Shown: in pieces, positions 1 to 8,929 of the stretch
Layout: each line of letters opens with the position of its first letter
Position numbering within the stretch: the first letter of the stretch is position 1
Assembly (NCBI GenBank): GCA_947467125.1
Contig: CANIGN010000001.1
Coordinates: forward strand, 1 to 45,590
Length of the DNA: 45,590 nucleotides
Reading direction: 5' to 3'
From: Bacteriovoracaceae bacterium
GTDB taxonomy: Bacteria > Bdellovibrionota > UBA2428
Position numbers and translations under genes: made by a program
Notes under the pieces: model-generated
Databases searched by the model: none
The model's input: the letters and a program-made list of their open reading frames with translations, nothing else
What the model was told of the DNA's origin: nothing

Positions 1-687
1 GATCTTCCTCGCGATGAAGACCTCAAACATACAATTCGCTACGGATTACGTGGAACAGGAATGCTTCCGTGGGATTTATCAGACAAAGATCTCGACTCAG
101 TTGTTCAATACATCAAAACTTTTTCTCCTGTTTGGAAAGAAAAAGTTGCCGGTGAGGCGCTCGGTATTTCAAAAGATCCTTGGGGTGTCGCTCGTGCCTC
201 AGAAGCGATTGCACAAGGTGAAAAAGTTTATCATGGACTCGCTCAATGCTGGGCTTGTCACCCAACTTATCAATCGATGGATAAAATTAGCGAGTACTCA
301 AAAGAACTCACAAACAACGACGTCAAATCCATACGTGCTCGGCCGCACATATCCACATTGCTCGACTCTGATTATGGAACAAAATACATGCCCCCCGACT
401 TCACAAAAAGTTTTATCAAAACAAGTGGCTCAGTCGAAACAACCTATTTACTCCTGAATGCAGGAGCAAGGGGATCTGCAATGATGGGATGGAAGGGAAT
501 GCTTTCTGCTAAGGCAGACCCCGAAGAATCTGAACGCAACCAATGGGCTGTTGCCTATTATGTAAACCATCTTCATAAATTGAAATACAATCTCGAAGCT
601 CGCACAAAATTTATGAACGACCTAAACGAAAGAAGAGCAAAATATGACCGATACGACGACGCAGGCGGCGCAAGCCCCAACAAATAA
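1..687 (+). CDS. c-type cytochrome (probably di-haem, CcoP-like), 5'-truncated by window edge
   Basis: The frame is open from nt 1 (DLPRDEDLKHTIRYGLRGTGMLPW...), so the listed ATG at 61 is internal. There is a haem-binding CxxCH motif (AQCWACHPTY) and a downstream Met-rich GSAMMGWKGM. The tail of a preceding haem domain reads GMLPW..LSDKDLDSVVQYIKTF. Confidence 0.7.
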   Translation, partial: DLPRDEDLKHTIRYGLRGTGMLPWDLSDKDLDSVVQYIKTFSPVWKEKVAGEALGISKDPWGVARASEAIAQGEKVYHGLAQCWACHPTYQSMDKISEYSKELTNNDVKSIRARPHISTLLDSDYGTKYMPPDFTKSFIKTSGSVETTYLLLNAGARGSAMMGWKGMLSAKADPEESERNQWAVAYYVNHLHKLKYNLEARTKFMNDLNERRAKYDRYDDAGGASPNK

Positions 688-1342
688 AAATATTCAAACT
701 GATTACTCGCAACTTTTTGAATCAAAATCCTTTTGGCTTTTTGTCGTAGGAGTTCTCTTTTCACTTCCACTTATCATGAGTTTCATGCGTCCAAAGATTG
801 AGCAAAAACCTATTTTGGGAACGATCCAAGAATTTAAACTTCAAAACCAAGACGGTAGAGACTTTTCAAACAGAGATATCGCAGGATCGGTGCTTCTTGT
901 GAATTTTGTTTTCACATCCTGCCCCAGTACTTGTCCCATGCTCACAAAGACAATGGCTGATGTTCAAGTGCGTTTAAAGGGCACTGGTAAAAGCGTGCAA
1001 CTTCTAACTGTGAGTGTTGACCCTGAGCACGACACTCCCGAGGTTCTTAAAGCCTATGCAAAGAAACATTTTGCAGATTTAAGTACATGGAGTTTCATCA
1101 CCGGATCTAAAGAGGACATTCGTAAGTTAGTTGTGGGTTCTTTTGCTTCGCCTTTGAGCATTGAAAGCTCCGACAAGCCCGATGATATGTCTGCAGGATT
1201 TCAGATTGCTCACGGAGAGCATTTTGTTTTGGTCGATCAGCTAGGGCGAATTCGCTCCTACGAGCACATCAATAGCCCCAAAGACATTAACCGGGTTATG
1301 AGAGACATTGCGATCTTGGTGAACACTCCCCCAAAGAGCTAA
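644..1342 (+). CDS. SCO1/SenC family copper chaperone (thioredoxin-like, membrane anchored)
   Basis: An N-terminal TM helix (FWLFVVGVLFSLPLIM) is followed by the signature VNFVFTSCPSTCPMLT (CxxxC), then VSVDPEHDTPEVLKAY and the conserved His in HGEHFVLVDQLGRIR. It overlaps the cytochrome c gene by 44 nt. Confidence 0.85.
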   Translation: MTDTTTQAAQAPTNKNIQTDYSQLFESKSFWLFVVGVLFSLPLIMSFMRPKIEQKPILGTIQEFKLQNQDGRDFSNRDIAGSVLLVNFVFTSCPSTCPMLTKTMADVQVRLKGTGKSVQLLTVSVDPEHDTPEVLKAYAKKHFADLSTWSFITGSKEDIRKLVVGSFASPLSIESSDKPDDMSAGFQIAHGEHFVLVDQLGRIRSYEHINSPKDINRVMRDIAILVNTPPKS

Positions 1343-1349
1343 ATAACTA

Positions 1350-2504
1350 TTATTCAGCTTTCATTTCTTGAACTTCAAAATCGTGATGGTACTTTGTGCC
1401 TCGAGTCTCAATAAAAGAAACGGGTAATTCGAGTGACCTAAAGGCATCCACAAATTGCTTCTTTACCTTTTCTCGATTCATGACTTTTTCATAAACTTCT
1501 AAAACGTTTGAAGTGTAAATCGTTGCTCCATTTGAATTTGCTTTGAGTCGAGGCGCAAAGTTTTCCCAAAATAAACTCTCAACAGAAGCGACGACATAAC
1601 TCGCATTGAGCATGAGAGCTTTCATCTTTTGAAAGTTTTCTGGACTTGAGAGAAAAGTGACGTTCTTTTCGTAAAGAGCTTCCTTTTCATGCTCTGAAAG
1701 TCCAAAGATTCCTTTAGCCTGGGTCGGAAAATAACGATTTTTGAAAAGGGTCAAAACAACCTCATAGGAAGATCCACGACTATTGGGAAACAAATCAGGA
1801 CCATTATTCATATAAGAATCTTGAAAAGCTTTCACGATCTCGAGAACCTTTTCTTTTTCTGGATCTGTCGATTTTTCTTTGATTCTTCGAAGAAGCTCTT
1901 CACTCAATTCTTGGCGCTGAACTTTGGGGTCAATTACTTCTCCCTCGAACCACGCAAAGTCTTCCCATGTATCAAAATCCTCAATGAGTTTGAGTGAATT
2001 TTTTTCGTAATGTTTTTGAGAAGCTTTTAAGAATAAATACTTGTAAAAATCCGCAGGACTTTCAGAAACTTCGAACAAAGCTCTGAAAAAATATCTCTGC
2101 AAAATAAGTGGTTCATAGTTAATATCAAAAAGAACAAGTTTTTTTGCATCAGAACGCAAAGCCAAATCCCACGAAGCATTGTTTCCAATGCCAAAGAAAA
2201 CATCTCTTTGAGGAAGCTTTTGGGGGAGTTTAAAAATATCAAACTCATTACTCACCATATGACCACCCCTCACCAATCCCAAAGGACGAGGAGCTTGCGA
2301 ATCATAGACTAAGGATTTTGATTTTCTAAAACTTTGAACGAGAGGCGACTCCGTAACAATGATTTTTCGATCTTCAAGACTGTTGGAATCATCATGAGCC
2401 CTGAGAATCTTTGAGCAATCTTGGAGTACTGAATCCCCAGCTAATACCGCTGGAAGAGATAAAAAGTTTAGAAGGAGCAAAAAAATCAGTTTAAATATAT
2501 TCAT
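1350..2504 (-). CDS. hypothetical secreted protein (no family recognised)
   Basis: A long ORF of 384 aa has a clear signal peptide (MNIFKLIFLLLLNFLSLPAVLAG). It lies co-directionally 55 nt downstream of the 1040-aa secreted protein. Blocks such as VFFGIGNNASWDLAL..LVLFDINYEP and TIYTSNVLEVY weakly recall a Rossmann/methyltransferase-like fold, but that reading is speculative. Confidence 0.6.
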   Translation of the reverse strand: MNIFKLIFLLLLNFLSLPAVLAGDSVLQDCSKILRAHDDSNSLEDRKIIVTESPLVQSFRKSKSLVYDSQAPRPLGLVRGGHMVSNEFDIFKLPQKLPQRDVFFGIGNNASWDLALRSDAKKLVLFDINYEPLILQRYFFRALFEVSESPADFYKYLFLKASQKHYEKNSLKLIEDFDTWEDFAWFEGEVIDPKVQRQELSEELLRRIKEKSTDPEKEKVLEIVKAFQDSYMNNGPDLFPNSRGSSYEVVLTLFKNRYFPTQAKGIFGLSEHEKEALYEKNVTFLSSPENFQKMKALMLNASYVVASVESLFWENFAPRLKANSNGATIYTSNVLEVYEKVMNREKVKKQFVDAFRSLELPVSFIETRGTKYHHDFEVQEMKAE

Positions 2505-2559
2505 GAAGGGGGAAACTCGTTTTGACGCATTATATCAAAAACAACGCTTCAAGAGTAGC

Positions 2560-5500
2560 TCAAAATGGGTTCACAAAGCGCAATAAAGAGCGACAACTGT
2601 CTTTTGCCTTGTTTAATAGGGCTTTTACGCGCTCTTTTTGCTTTATTTTCATCAAAGGAGCCACAAACTGGATACGATTGTACTCCAGTGCCCTCGAAAC
2701 AGCTTTCTTGCCCTTTGGTTGAAAGAGGTAATCTTCCACAAACATATTTTTGAAATTTAAATCTTTTTCAAAAACTTCATTTTTTACGATCAAAAAATGC
2801 AAAAACATGTCGTTCAACTCCATCAACTTCAAAAGAGCATTTGGAAATTTATAAAAAACTTTTCTAAAAGAAGCAGCGGTCTCTGTACGACCATTCACAA
2901 CTTTTACAAGATAAGAAAAATCCTTTTTTTGAGAAGAAATACATTTATCTAAAGCTAGACCTAATGCTTCTTTTACCTGTGGAAATCGTGCAAGAGCTGT
3001 ATCTTGATTTTTGGCAATCGAAAAAAGAGTGCCAAGATCACCACTCTGATCTGCAACCTCTATCAATCTTAAGAGCGCATTCGGATACTCGTTAAAAATC
3101 TTCGCAACGTCTTTTAAGTTGAGTATCGTCCAAACTTCTCGATCTTTTAAATCCTTCGCTTCATCAACAAGCCTCATCAATTCAATTTCAAAAAATGCTT
3201 TTGAAGAAGGATGAGCCTCAAGAGCCAACTGAGGAAATTGAGCCATATTATCGATGCGATCCTCAATACGACGACGATCACGCGAAATTTTTAAAATTTC
3301 TGTCTCTAAAAATTTAGGATTGATGTTTCTTTCGTAAAAAGCCACATCGAGATCAATTAATTTCTTAAAAGTTTGCATGTGCCCTGATTTTAGATCAAGA
3401 ACATCCTCGCCTTTTTCAAGGTATCCTTGGAAAAACCCCTCCAACATAGATCGCCATTCAGGATCTTTATTGAGATGTTTTTTTTGGGCCTGAATAAAAT
3501 CCCAACCCAAATGTGGAGCGCGCTCTTCTTCGAGAGCCCCCTTCACATCATTTCTCATCAGAAGCAGAGACTCCACCAAATGATCTTGAGAAAAAGCATC
3601 AGCAGCATTCATTCTTCCGATCAAAAAGAGTGGCCCGCTTCTTTGAAAAGAAAATGGATCAAAATCAGGCCCATAAATTTCAGAAGCGTATTTCAAGAAC
3701 GTTTTTGAAAATTGCTCAACAGAACTCGCCTCTGAATTCCTGAAATTAAAAGACAAAACTCTGTAGTGGCCAAGTGATTTAAGACGAACTCCGCTATTTC
3801 GAGCTATTTTCCAAACGGAATCCTTGTCACCGATCAGCTCATTCTTAATGAGGCGTAAAACGAGCTGCTCTTCGAGCTCTGCTTTTGACTTCTTTTTTTG
3901 ATCATAAGACGGGATAAGACGAAGCACTTTTGTTCCATCTTTTTTCATCCCATCATAAATCATCCCACCGCCGTACATCCCACTGCTATACAAACCCACA
4001 ATTTTCTCGGACATAGGATCGACAGGAGAAAAATCAACAGGCTTACCCACCACAACGTTCTCTACATACGCAGGAGCTTCTTGAACGACTTGTCCAGCCC
4101 CCACATTCATACTCACTGAATTTCCATCCGAAATAACCAAGTAATCATGAGGATGTCGCCTGTATTCTTCTTCGATAAACTCATCAAAAAAAGATTTTTT
4201 ACCAACGACTCCTTCTTTATCTTTCAGAATAATATCGCCTTTAATAGCGTGGCTCATGATATCCACCACACTCGAAATTTCTCCTGTTTTTTCATTTTTA
4301 ATGGGAGTAAGTCCCACATAGCCTTCCATTTTTCCATCGCCATTTTCGACGAAAATTGTTCGAGCTCCTTCAAGCGCATGCACTGCCCATCTCCTGGGAG
4401 TCAGTGAGCCACTTGTAGCACCTCCTACGCATTCACCTTTTTTGCGACCTGCGAAAAAGGCATGGAAAGCTCTGGGGCTTGGCTTAAAAAACAATTCCGT
4501 TCCTGCTTGATTCTTTAAGCGTAAAGTTGCTCGAGTCGCATCTTCATGAAGTTCATAAAAAAAGTATCGATTGGATTGTTCAAAGTGATTTCGAAAGTCC
4601 TTTTTTCCCTCTCTTACTTTTTCACTTTGTAAAACCCACGCGTCCAACTCTTCTTTATGAGTATCGTCGAGATGGTTACGTATTGCTGACATCTCAATTC
4701 CTGCAGCATGAAGATCTTGTATCTTGGTTACAAGACCAGGACTCATTCTTGGATCTGCTATTTTTTGAAATTCTTTCATGTTTTCAATCCCAGACTGATA
4801 AGACTTTACAAAGTCACGAAGAGTTTCGGAGTCAAAACTGAGATACTCCAACATCCGAGAAGGGATTTTAAATTTTTCGGCAATTCCAATTTTTTGAAAG
4901 TTTTTAAAATTTCCAAACTTTTCTAATTCAGTCGCAATAATATCCGCATCACCTGAGAAAAGTTTATCGCTCACTCTCTCATCATTCATTAAGTCATACG
5001 CAAGATCCCCAGACATAAAAGCCAATCTCTTACGCATATGATCTTCATTCTTTTTTAAAAGCAAAAGAGCTGTCCTGTTCATACCCATCTTTTGCTTGTA
5101 TTCAGCCTTTGCGGATCTTGAAAGAGAAGCAAACTGCTCGGGCCTCAAGAAGCCTGCCACATCACGAATTCGCTCTTGCTCGATTTCAAAATTTTCAAAT
5201 TCAGCAACAAATTTTTTGATCTCAATGTTTCTTTGTTCATCACTGAGTCCCAAAAGATATCCACTTCCTCGGGCAGCTTGAATTTTAATTCGATCAATCG
5301 CACCTAAACTTGCATCTCTTTTAATTTCTAGGCCAGTCCCCGAATGCTCCCCTTTGATGGAATAAATTTCTTTTTGCCAATCTGGATTTTTTTTCCAAGC
5401 CACTTCAGCAAATTCAGGAATTTTTTCTGCAAGATCTTTTATCTGCTCAAAAAATCTATCAAAGACGGGATCAAAAACAATTTCTTCTTTTAAATAAAGC

Positions 5501-5682
5501 TTTAAGACTATTCGATATTCTTCAATGGCCGACGGATCGCTAAGAAAATCATTTAAGGTTTCATAGCGAGCTGTAACAGCTTCAAGCTTTTCTAAAGATT
5601 GCGCATTCAGAAACGACAAAAAACCTAACGATAAAAGAAAAGAAATTCGGCGAATATAATGAAGCATTTTGGTTTTTGACAT
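2560..5682 (-). CDS. large hypothetical secreted protein (~1040 aa)
   Basis: The uninterrupted ORF runs 2560..5700. The likely start is ATG 5682 or 5667, giving MSKTKMLHYIRRISFLLSLGFLSFLNAQS, a typical signal peptide. I see no recognisable enzyme motifs. The flanks are helical-looking and the core is Gly/Val-rich. Confidence 0.7.
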   Translation of the reverse strand: MSKTKMLHYIRRISFLLSLGFLSFLNAQSLEKLEAVTARYETLNDFLSDPSAIEEYRIVLKLYLKEEIVFDPVFDRFFEQIKDLAEKIPEFAEVAWKKNPDWQKEIYSIKGEHSGTGLEIKRDASLGAIDRIKIQAARGSGYLLGLSDEQRNIEIKKFVAEFENFEIEQERIRDVAGFLRPEQFASLSRSAKAEYKQKMGMNRTALLLLKKNEDHMRKRLAFMSGDLAYDLMNDERVSDKLFSGDADIIATELEKFGNFKNFQKIGIAEKFKIPSRMLEYLSFDSETLRDFVKSYQSGIENMKEFQKIADPRMSPGLVTKIQDLHAAGIEMSAIRNHLDDTHKEELDAWVLQSEKVREGKKDFRNHFEQSNRYFFYELHEDATRATLRLKNQAGTELFFKPSPRAFHAFFAGRKKGECVGGATSGSLTPRRWAVHALEGARTIFVENGDGKMEGYVGLTPIKNEKTGEISSVVDIMSHAIKGDIILKDKEGVVGKKSFFDEFIEEEYRRHPHDYLVISDGNSVSMNVGAGQVVQEAPAYVENVVVGKPVDFSPVDPMSEKIVGLYSSGMYGGGMIYDGMKKDGTKVLRLIPSYDQKKKSKAELEEQLVLRLIKNELIGDKDSVWKIARNSGVRLKSLGHYRVLSFNFRNSEASSVEQFSKTFLKYASEIYGPDFDPFSFQRSGPLFLIGRMNAADAFSQDHLVESLLLMRNDVKGALEEERAPHLGWDFIQAQKKHLNKDPEWRSMLEGFFQGYLEKGEDVLDLKSGHMQTFKKLIDLDVAFYERNINPKFLETEILKISRDRRRIEDRIDNMAQFPQLALEAHPSSKAFFEIELMRLVDEAKDLKDREVWTILNLKDVAKIFNEYPNALLRLIEVADQSGDLGTLFSIAKNQDTALARFPQVKEALGLALDKCISSQKKDFSYLVKVVNGRTETAASFRKVFYKFPNALLKLMELNDMFLHFLIVKNEVFEKDLNFKNMFVEDYLFQPKGKKAVSRALEYNRIQFVAPLMKIKQKERVKALLNKAKDSCRSLLRFVNPF

Positions 5683-5756
5683 TTTTAAAGCAAAGATCAA
5701 ACGTCAGCTCTTTGACTTTTATATACCAAACAAAAACTCCGACAAAGCATATAGTT

Positions 5757-6833
5757 GTGAGCCTCAATCCCAAAAAGACTTTTTTCATAAGCTTCTGGAT
5801 ATTGTCCATTTCCTTTTCAAGCGAAGATACTCATCCCGAAAAATGTAAGAAAATCATAACCCTTAGCTCTCATACTGAACAAAAAGTAGACAGTGCCGAC
5901 CTCGTTCATGACAAAATTATAAAGTGGATTTCTGAGCATAAAAAAATTCCTGCAGGTTTTAAAGACTGGTCTAACTTAGGTATCAACTATGGGAAATTCA
6001 CAGGATCTGGTGACTATGCCCAAGGCGGAGAAAGTCATCGATCACGCTTCCATAATAGCCCCGAGGAGGCTTTCACGAAGCTCCTCGAAAAGATCGAAAG
6101 TGGCAACAGACTTGTCTCTCTCTCAGAAAAAGAAAAAGCAGACATCCTTCTTGATCTCAAAATACGAGCTGGCGACGAAAGTGCTTATGCTGAAAAAATA
6201 AATCTCCTTAGAGAAGAGGCTTATGAAGAAGTGATTCAACACATCCTTCTTCATAAAAAAATCCCTACAAGCATTGAAATGACAAACTTCGGTGTGAATT
6301 ACGGAAAATTCGCAGGAATTGGAGACTACTTTTCAGGAGGAGAAAGCTATCGATCACGCTTACACAATAGCCCCGAAGAGGCTTTTTCGAAGCTTCTCGA
6401 AAAGATTGAAAGCGGCAACAGACTTGTCTCTCTCTCAGAAAAAGAAAAAACAGAGATTATTCTTGAACTTAAAATAAGGTCAGGTCAGCCAAATGCTTAT
6501 ACAGAAAAAATTGACCGTTTAAGGCAAGCGGCTTATCAAAAAACTCTTGAACGAATCATTGAATACAAAAAAGTCCCCGCTGGATTTCAGGAGTGGAATA
6601 GCATTGGTGTGAACTACGGCAAGTTTGTGGGTGGAAGCGACTACGCTGCAGGCGGAGAAAGCCACGGATCTCGCTTGCACGACGGCCCCCCCGAGGCTTT
6701 TCAGGGCCTCTATTACTTTGCCGAAAACTCCCCCCTCCTAGAGAATAAAACCGAGCTCAAGACCGAAATTCTTAAAATAATCGCCGACAGATACCAAGCG
6801 GCCCTCAAAAGGGATAAAAGACGTCGCCAATAG
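5757..6833 (+). CDS. hypothetical secreted protein built of three ~104-aa tandem modules
   Basis: The ORF runs 5676..6833. The ATG at 5676 would overlap the divergent gene's start. In-frame GTG 5757 gives (M)SLNPKKTFFISFWILSISFSSE, which looks like a signal peptide. Three modules share KK(I/V)P..F..W...G(I/V)NYGKF.G.GDY..GGES.RSR(F/L)HNSPEEAF.KLLEKIESGNRLVSLSEKEK. Confidence 0.65.
   Translation: MSLNPKKTFFISFWILSISFSSEDTHPEKCKKIITLSSHTEQKVDSADLVHDKIIKWISEHKKIPAGFKDWSNLGINYGKFTGSGDYAQGGESHRSRFHNSPEEAFTKLLEKIESGNRLVSLSEKEKADILLDLKIRAGDESAYAEKINLLREEAYEEVIQHILLHKKIPTSIEMTNFGVNYGKFAGIGDYFSGGESYRSRLHNSPEEAFSKLLEKIESGNRLVSLSEKEKTEIILELKIRSGQPNAYTEKIDRLRQAAYQKTLERIIEYKKVPAGFQEWNSIGVNYGKFVGGSDYAAGGESHGSRLHDGPPEAFQGLYYFAENSPLLENKTELKTEILKIIADRYQAALKRDKRRRQ
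5910..6833 (+). repeat. in-frame tandem coding repeat, period 312-315 nt, 3 units (third diverged)
   Basis: HKKIP codons sit at 5937, 6252 and 6564. NYGKF sits at 5985, 6297 and 6612. A perfect 36-nt match (ggcaacagacttgtctctctctcagaaaaagaaaaa) occurs at 6102-6137 and 6414-6449. Confidence 0.85.
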
Positions 6834-6891
6834 AGGTTTTTGAAGACGATAAGCTTATACAAAGCACCTGCGTCATGATATTACCTAGGCC

Positions 6892-8502
6892 GTGAGTTTG
6901 AATTCCCTCCTCAAATCAGTCCTTCCCGAATTACCCGCTGTGAGCATCGAACGAGAAATCGAAACCCTGCAGATGCTCCCTGCTGAAACCCTCTTCTTAT
7001 CCCTCAAAGAAGCCGATTCTGAGACCGCTCTTTGGGTTATGGAAAATGCTCGCGCGAGCCAAGTTCAAGGTGTACTTGATCTGGATTGCTGGCAAGGCGA
7101 TGCGTTTTTACCAGAAAGATTTTTTCGCTATTTTGAATTCATCACCTACACCACTCCCGAGCGACTTCTGGAATACATGAAGGATCTCGATCCCGAAATT
7201 ATTGTTTTATCCTTGATGGATGCAATCGAAGTCCTCGACTTTGATCCTCAGAATCCGCCTGAAGTGTCTGAATCACAATTACTGATTTCGCCCGGAAGCC
7301 AATATGCTTTGATCTTTAAAAAAGAAGATCCTGAACTTAAAGAACGAATTTTTCAGTGGCTAAACAAACTCTCCGCAATGGATTTCGACCTCATGAGAAG
7401 ACATCTTGAAAGTCTGAAGTGGGAACAAAAAAACGACCTCGAAGAATTCGCTTATCAAATTAAAAAAGGAAGAGTGGAAGAATTAGGCTTCGTCGAAAGA
7501 GAAGAAGCTCTCAAATTCTTTTCACAAATTCGCGCTCCTGAGCTCAAAACAAAAATGTTAAATGAGCCTCTCAAAAAACACGTTAAAGAAGAAACTCCTC
7601 TTGTCGAAATTTTGGGAAGCGAAGATTTCTTGCCCCAACCTATTTCAAAAGCCGTCAAAGACGACGGGTTTTTTCGTAAGGCTCTTGAGAAAATCGAAAA
7701 CACTCAACTCAAAGACATCTTACGAATGGAATTTGTTCGAACGATTAACGGAGTCTTTTCAGCGGAAGATATTCTCTCTCAAGACCTAAGCTTCTTGCGT
7801 GAATCTGCAAGCCGCACTCGCTCTTATCTTGACCTTGGCCTTCTTTATTTATCTGTTGGCAATATCGATCAAGCAGCCGAACATCTTTGTACTCAGCCTG
7901 TTTTCGAAATTGCTCGTTTGGGATGGTGCCTCTTGCAAGATCTCACACGCGCAAGCAAAGAAATTCGCTCAGAATACAACACGGCTATTTTTGAAAATGT
8001 AGATCGTCAACTTTTACAAGATTTAGAAGGACGTCACCCTGAGATTAAACATCCCGACGTGATCCGCGATCTAGAATTAAAAAATCCATCACTTATCTCG
8101 ATTGAAAACATTCACCGAATAGCTGACCATGTCGGCGCATTGAGTGTGTGTGCTCATTTCTTGAGAGAAACCCTCAGCGCTTCACTCAAACTAAACGACG
8201 AAGCTATGGAATCCAATGAATCGGCATGGACACGTCTTGCAACGGGAATCTTTAGACAAAGTTGCTCTCGTGAATTTAGCGTTGCTCTCCTCAGCAAAAA
8301 CGAATGGAATGAAACGAAAACTTCTTGGAACAAAGAAAGCTTTGATAAAATCTCAAATCTTATTTCTGAAAAAGTTCCTTCTGTTGGGAAGACTCTTTTC
8401 GTAAAACGTCTCCTCGAGAAGAAAAAAGAAATCCAAAAACTTATTGAAAGCGATACAATTCCCAATCCTCAATTTAGCCGTGCTCTGAGATGGGAAGTGT
8501 AG
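6892..8502 (+). CDS. hypothetical cytoplasmic protein (possibly DUF6178-like, with MgtE_N-like helical N-terminus)
   Basis: A 536-aa ORF starts at GTG and has no signal peptide. The N-terminal block LQMLPAETLFLSLKEADSETALWVMENARASQVQGVLDLDCWQGDAF resembles what I recall of DUF6178/MgtE-N type helical domains. This is recollection only. Confidence 0.55.
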   Translation: MSLNSLLKSVLPELPAVSIEREIETLQMLPAETLFLSLKEADSETALWVMENARASQVQGVLDLDCWQGDAFLPERFFRYFEFITYTTPERLLEYMKDLDPEIIVLSLMDAIEVLDFDPQNPPEVSESQLLISPGSQYALIFKKEDPELKERIFQWLNKLSAMDFDLMRRHLESLKWEQKNDLEEFAYQIKKGRVEELGFVEREEALKFFSQIRAPELKTKMLNEPLKKHVKEETPLVEILGSEDFLPQPISKAVKDDGFFRKALEKIENTQLKDILRMEFVRTINGVFSAEDILSQDLSFLRESASRTRSYLDLGLLYLSVGNIDQAAEHLCTQPVFEIARLGWCLLQDLTRASKEIRSEYNTAIFENVDRQLLQDLEGRHPEIKHPDVIRDLELKNPSLISIENIHRIADHVGALSVCAHFLRETLSASLKLNDEAMESNESAWTRLATGIFRQSCSREFSVALLSKNEWNETKTSWNKESFDKISNLISEKVPSVGKTLFVKRLLEKKKEIQKLIESDTIPNPQFSRALRWEV

Positions 8503-8876
8503 TGAAAAAAGCCTATCGAGTCTTATCGGGTATTTGGTTAGGGACGATTGTATTCTTTTCCCTCATTATTGCTCCTCAGATTTTTAAAGTCCTTCCACGT
8601 TTTGAAGCTGCAAAACTTCAAAACCATCTCTTTCCCTTTTATTATTCTGTAGGAATTATTTGCGGACTTGGAATGCTTCTTTACGCTTTTTTCAAAGATC
8701 AAAAGAAAATCATTTGGATCGGAGTGGCGTTAGCACTGGCTCTTATGGGCCTCACAACACTCACTCCGCTTATAAAAGATGCTTTCCTCTCGCAGAGCGC
8801 TTCTATCAAATGGCTTCACCCGACAGCGGTTGGACTCAACCTCGCCATGCTCTTTTGTGTTTTCAAGAGTATTTGA
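8490..8876 (+). CDS. small multi-pass membrane protein (DUF4149/TMEM205-like)
   Basis: A 128-aa ORF has about 4 hydrophobic segments, and WLGTIVFFSLIIAPQIFKVLP resembles the DUF4149 N-terminal motif. It overlaps the upstream gene by 13 nt, or by 1 nt if GTG 8502 is the start. Confidence 0.55.
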   Translation: MGSVVKKAYRVLSGIWLGTIVFFSLIIAPQIFKVLPRFEAAKLQNHLFPFYYSVGIICGLGMLLYAFFKDQKKIIWIGVALALALMGLTTLTPLIKDAFLSQSASIKWLHPTAVGLNLAMLFCVFKSI

Positions 8877-8929
8877 TCTTCCAATTTTCAAACTTAAGAT
8901 TAAGCTAATATCATTAGGGGTGGAAATTA

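Noticed and set aside
5676-5756. ATG 5676 as the start of the three-module protein, and ATG 5700 as the start of the 1046-aa protein.
   Set aside because: Using both would make the two divergent genes overlap at their 5' ends. Internal starts (GTG 5757; ATG 5682 or 5667) each expose a canonical signal peptide and leave a ~74-90 bp divergent promoter region.
5910-6833. Regularly spaced ~312-nt repeats as a CRISPR-like or non-coding array.
   Set aside because: The repeats are in frame within one long ORF and diverge mainly at synonymous or conservative positions. They are protein modules, not a CRISPR array.
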